A DNA stretch of 58,200 nucleotides from Candidatus Limnocylindrales bacterium (GTDB lineage: Bacteria > Chloroflexota > Limnocylindria > Limnocylindrales > CSP1-4): the NCBI GenBank assembly GCA_052144055.1, contig JBKQRF010000108.1:1-58200 (forward strand), in the 5' to 3' direction. Made by a program: the position numbers and the translations under genes. Position 1 is the first letter of the stretch, and each line of letters opens with the position of its first letter. Under the pieces are notes generated by a model. That model saw only the letters and a program-made list of their open reading frames with translations. It did not search any database and had not been told where the DNA came from. Positions 57,395-58,200 of this stretch are shown here, in pieces.

Positions 57395-57949
57395 ACGCGT
57401 CTATTCGCACATAGCTGGTGGTTGCTGGCGCTGCGGGGCATCCTGGCGATCGCCTTCGGAGTCGCTGCCTTGGCGTGGCCCGGCCTGACGCTGGTCGTGC
57501 TCGTCGCGCTCTTTGGCGCTTACGCCATCGTGGACGGCGTGATCGCGATCCTGGCGGTCATGCGCCACAAGGAGCGTGGACGTTGGTGGGTCGTGCTGGT
57601 CGAGGGCATTCTCGGCGTGGCCGCCGGGCTGGTGGCGCTGGCCGTGCCCGGGATCACTGCCGTCACTCTCGTTCTGATCATCGGCGCCTGGGCGATCCTA
57701 ACCGGCATCATGGAGATCGCGGCCGCCGTCCGCCTTCGCCGGGAGATGGAAGACGAGTGGCTGCTCGGACTGGCCGGAATCCTTTCCGTGGTGTTCGGGG
57801 CGGCCATTGTGGTCTTCCCCGGGGCCGGAGCAATTGCGCTGGTCACCGTGATCGGCGCGTTCTCGATCGTGTTCGGCCTTGCAATGCTGTCTCTCGGGCT
57901 CCGTCTGCGCAACGCTCGAGTGGCGGGTGGGCTGGTTAGGTACGTCTGA
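57395..57949 (+). CDS. hdeD: HdeD family (DUF308) membrane protein
   Basis: WWLLALRGILAIAFG..WPG.T and FGAYAIVDG in duplicated DUF308 units. Start is ACG 57395 or TTG 57422. Confidence 0.85.
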   Translation, partial: TRLFAHSWWLLALRGILAIAFGVAALAWPGLTLVVLVALFGAYAIVDGVIAILAVMRHKERGRWWVVLVEGILGVAAGLVALAVPGITAVTLVLIIGAWAILTGIMEIAAAVRLRREMEDEWLLGLAGILSVVFGAAIVVFPGAGAIALVTVIGAFSIVFGLAMLSLGLRLRNARVAGGLVRYV

Positions 57950-58200
57950 GGCGGTGCAGCCCGGCTCTAGGTGAGTCGCGTGCAGCTGTACCCTTGGTGG
58001 ATCTCGCCGCCACTTGGCACCCCGTCGATCGGCACCAAGCTGATCGACCCATCATCCTTTGAGGGCCGTCAGGCTCACGTCCTTGATGTGGGCGAGGCGG
58101 TGCTCATGCAACTCCGTCTCAATGTCGTGTCATCGAGCCCTTCTCGCTTAACCCCGATCCACCGATCGCGGCGGACTGACGGGCTGCTGAAACGAGGAAT

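Noticed and set aside
57950-58200. Lower-GC tail of the window as an island edge or gene end
   Set aside because: Too short and interrupted by stops; no att site, tRNA or transposase signal visible.
1-58200. CRISPR arrays, IS elements, prophage, tRNA and rRNA genes
   Set aside because: No regularly spaced direct repeats, transposase/integrase ORFs or tRNA/rRNA signatures detected by eye.

Overview
This is a high-GC bacterial chromosomal segment with no mobile element, CRISPR array, rRNA or tRNA that I can see. Gene content and style suggest Chloroflexota, possibly Limnocylindria-like; that placement is inference only. In order, it holds: a proline/hydroxyproline-type catabolic cluster; adenosine deaminase, an MFS transporter, a Cys-less sortase-like protein and otsB; a 14.8-kb complex I operon; folK and a strongly diverged purH; an hsp20-hspR-lon-dnaJ-clpB heat-shock operon; usp-trkA-trkA; rsmG with nearby DnaA-box-like sites; csoR plus a histidine kinase; hpt; a livKHMGF ABC transporter; an NYN nuclease with a long disordered tail; holB, acyP and hdeD. 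The standout is the complex I operon, nuoA-B-C-D-H-[I'/E]-[F]-[G/GltD/'I]-J-K-L-M-N. The nuoI gene is split in two: its N-half is fused to a NuoE-like domain and its C-half to the end of an 862-aa NuoG/GltD chimera. A three-gene, two-flavin (NADH-type and NADPH-type) input module therefore appears to be inserted in-frame inside nuoI. All calls come from recognising motifs by eye; no database searches were run.
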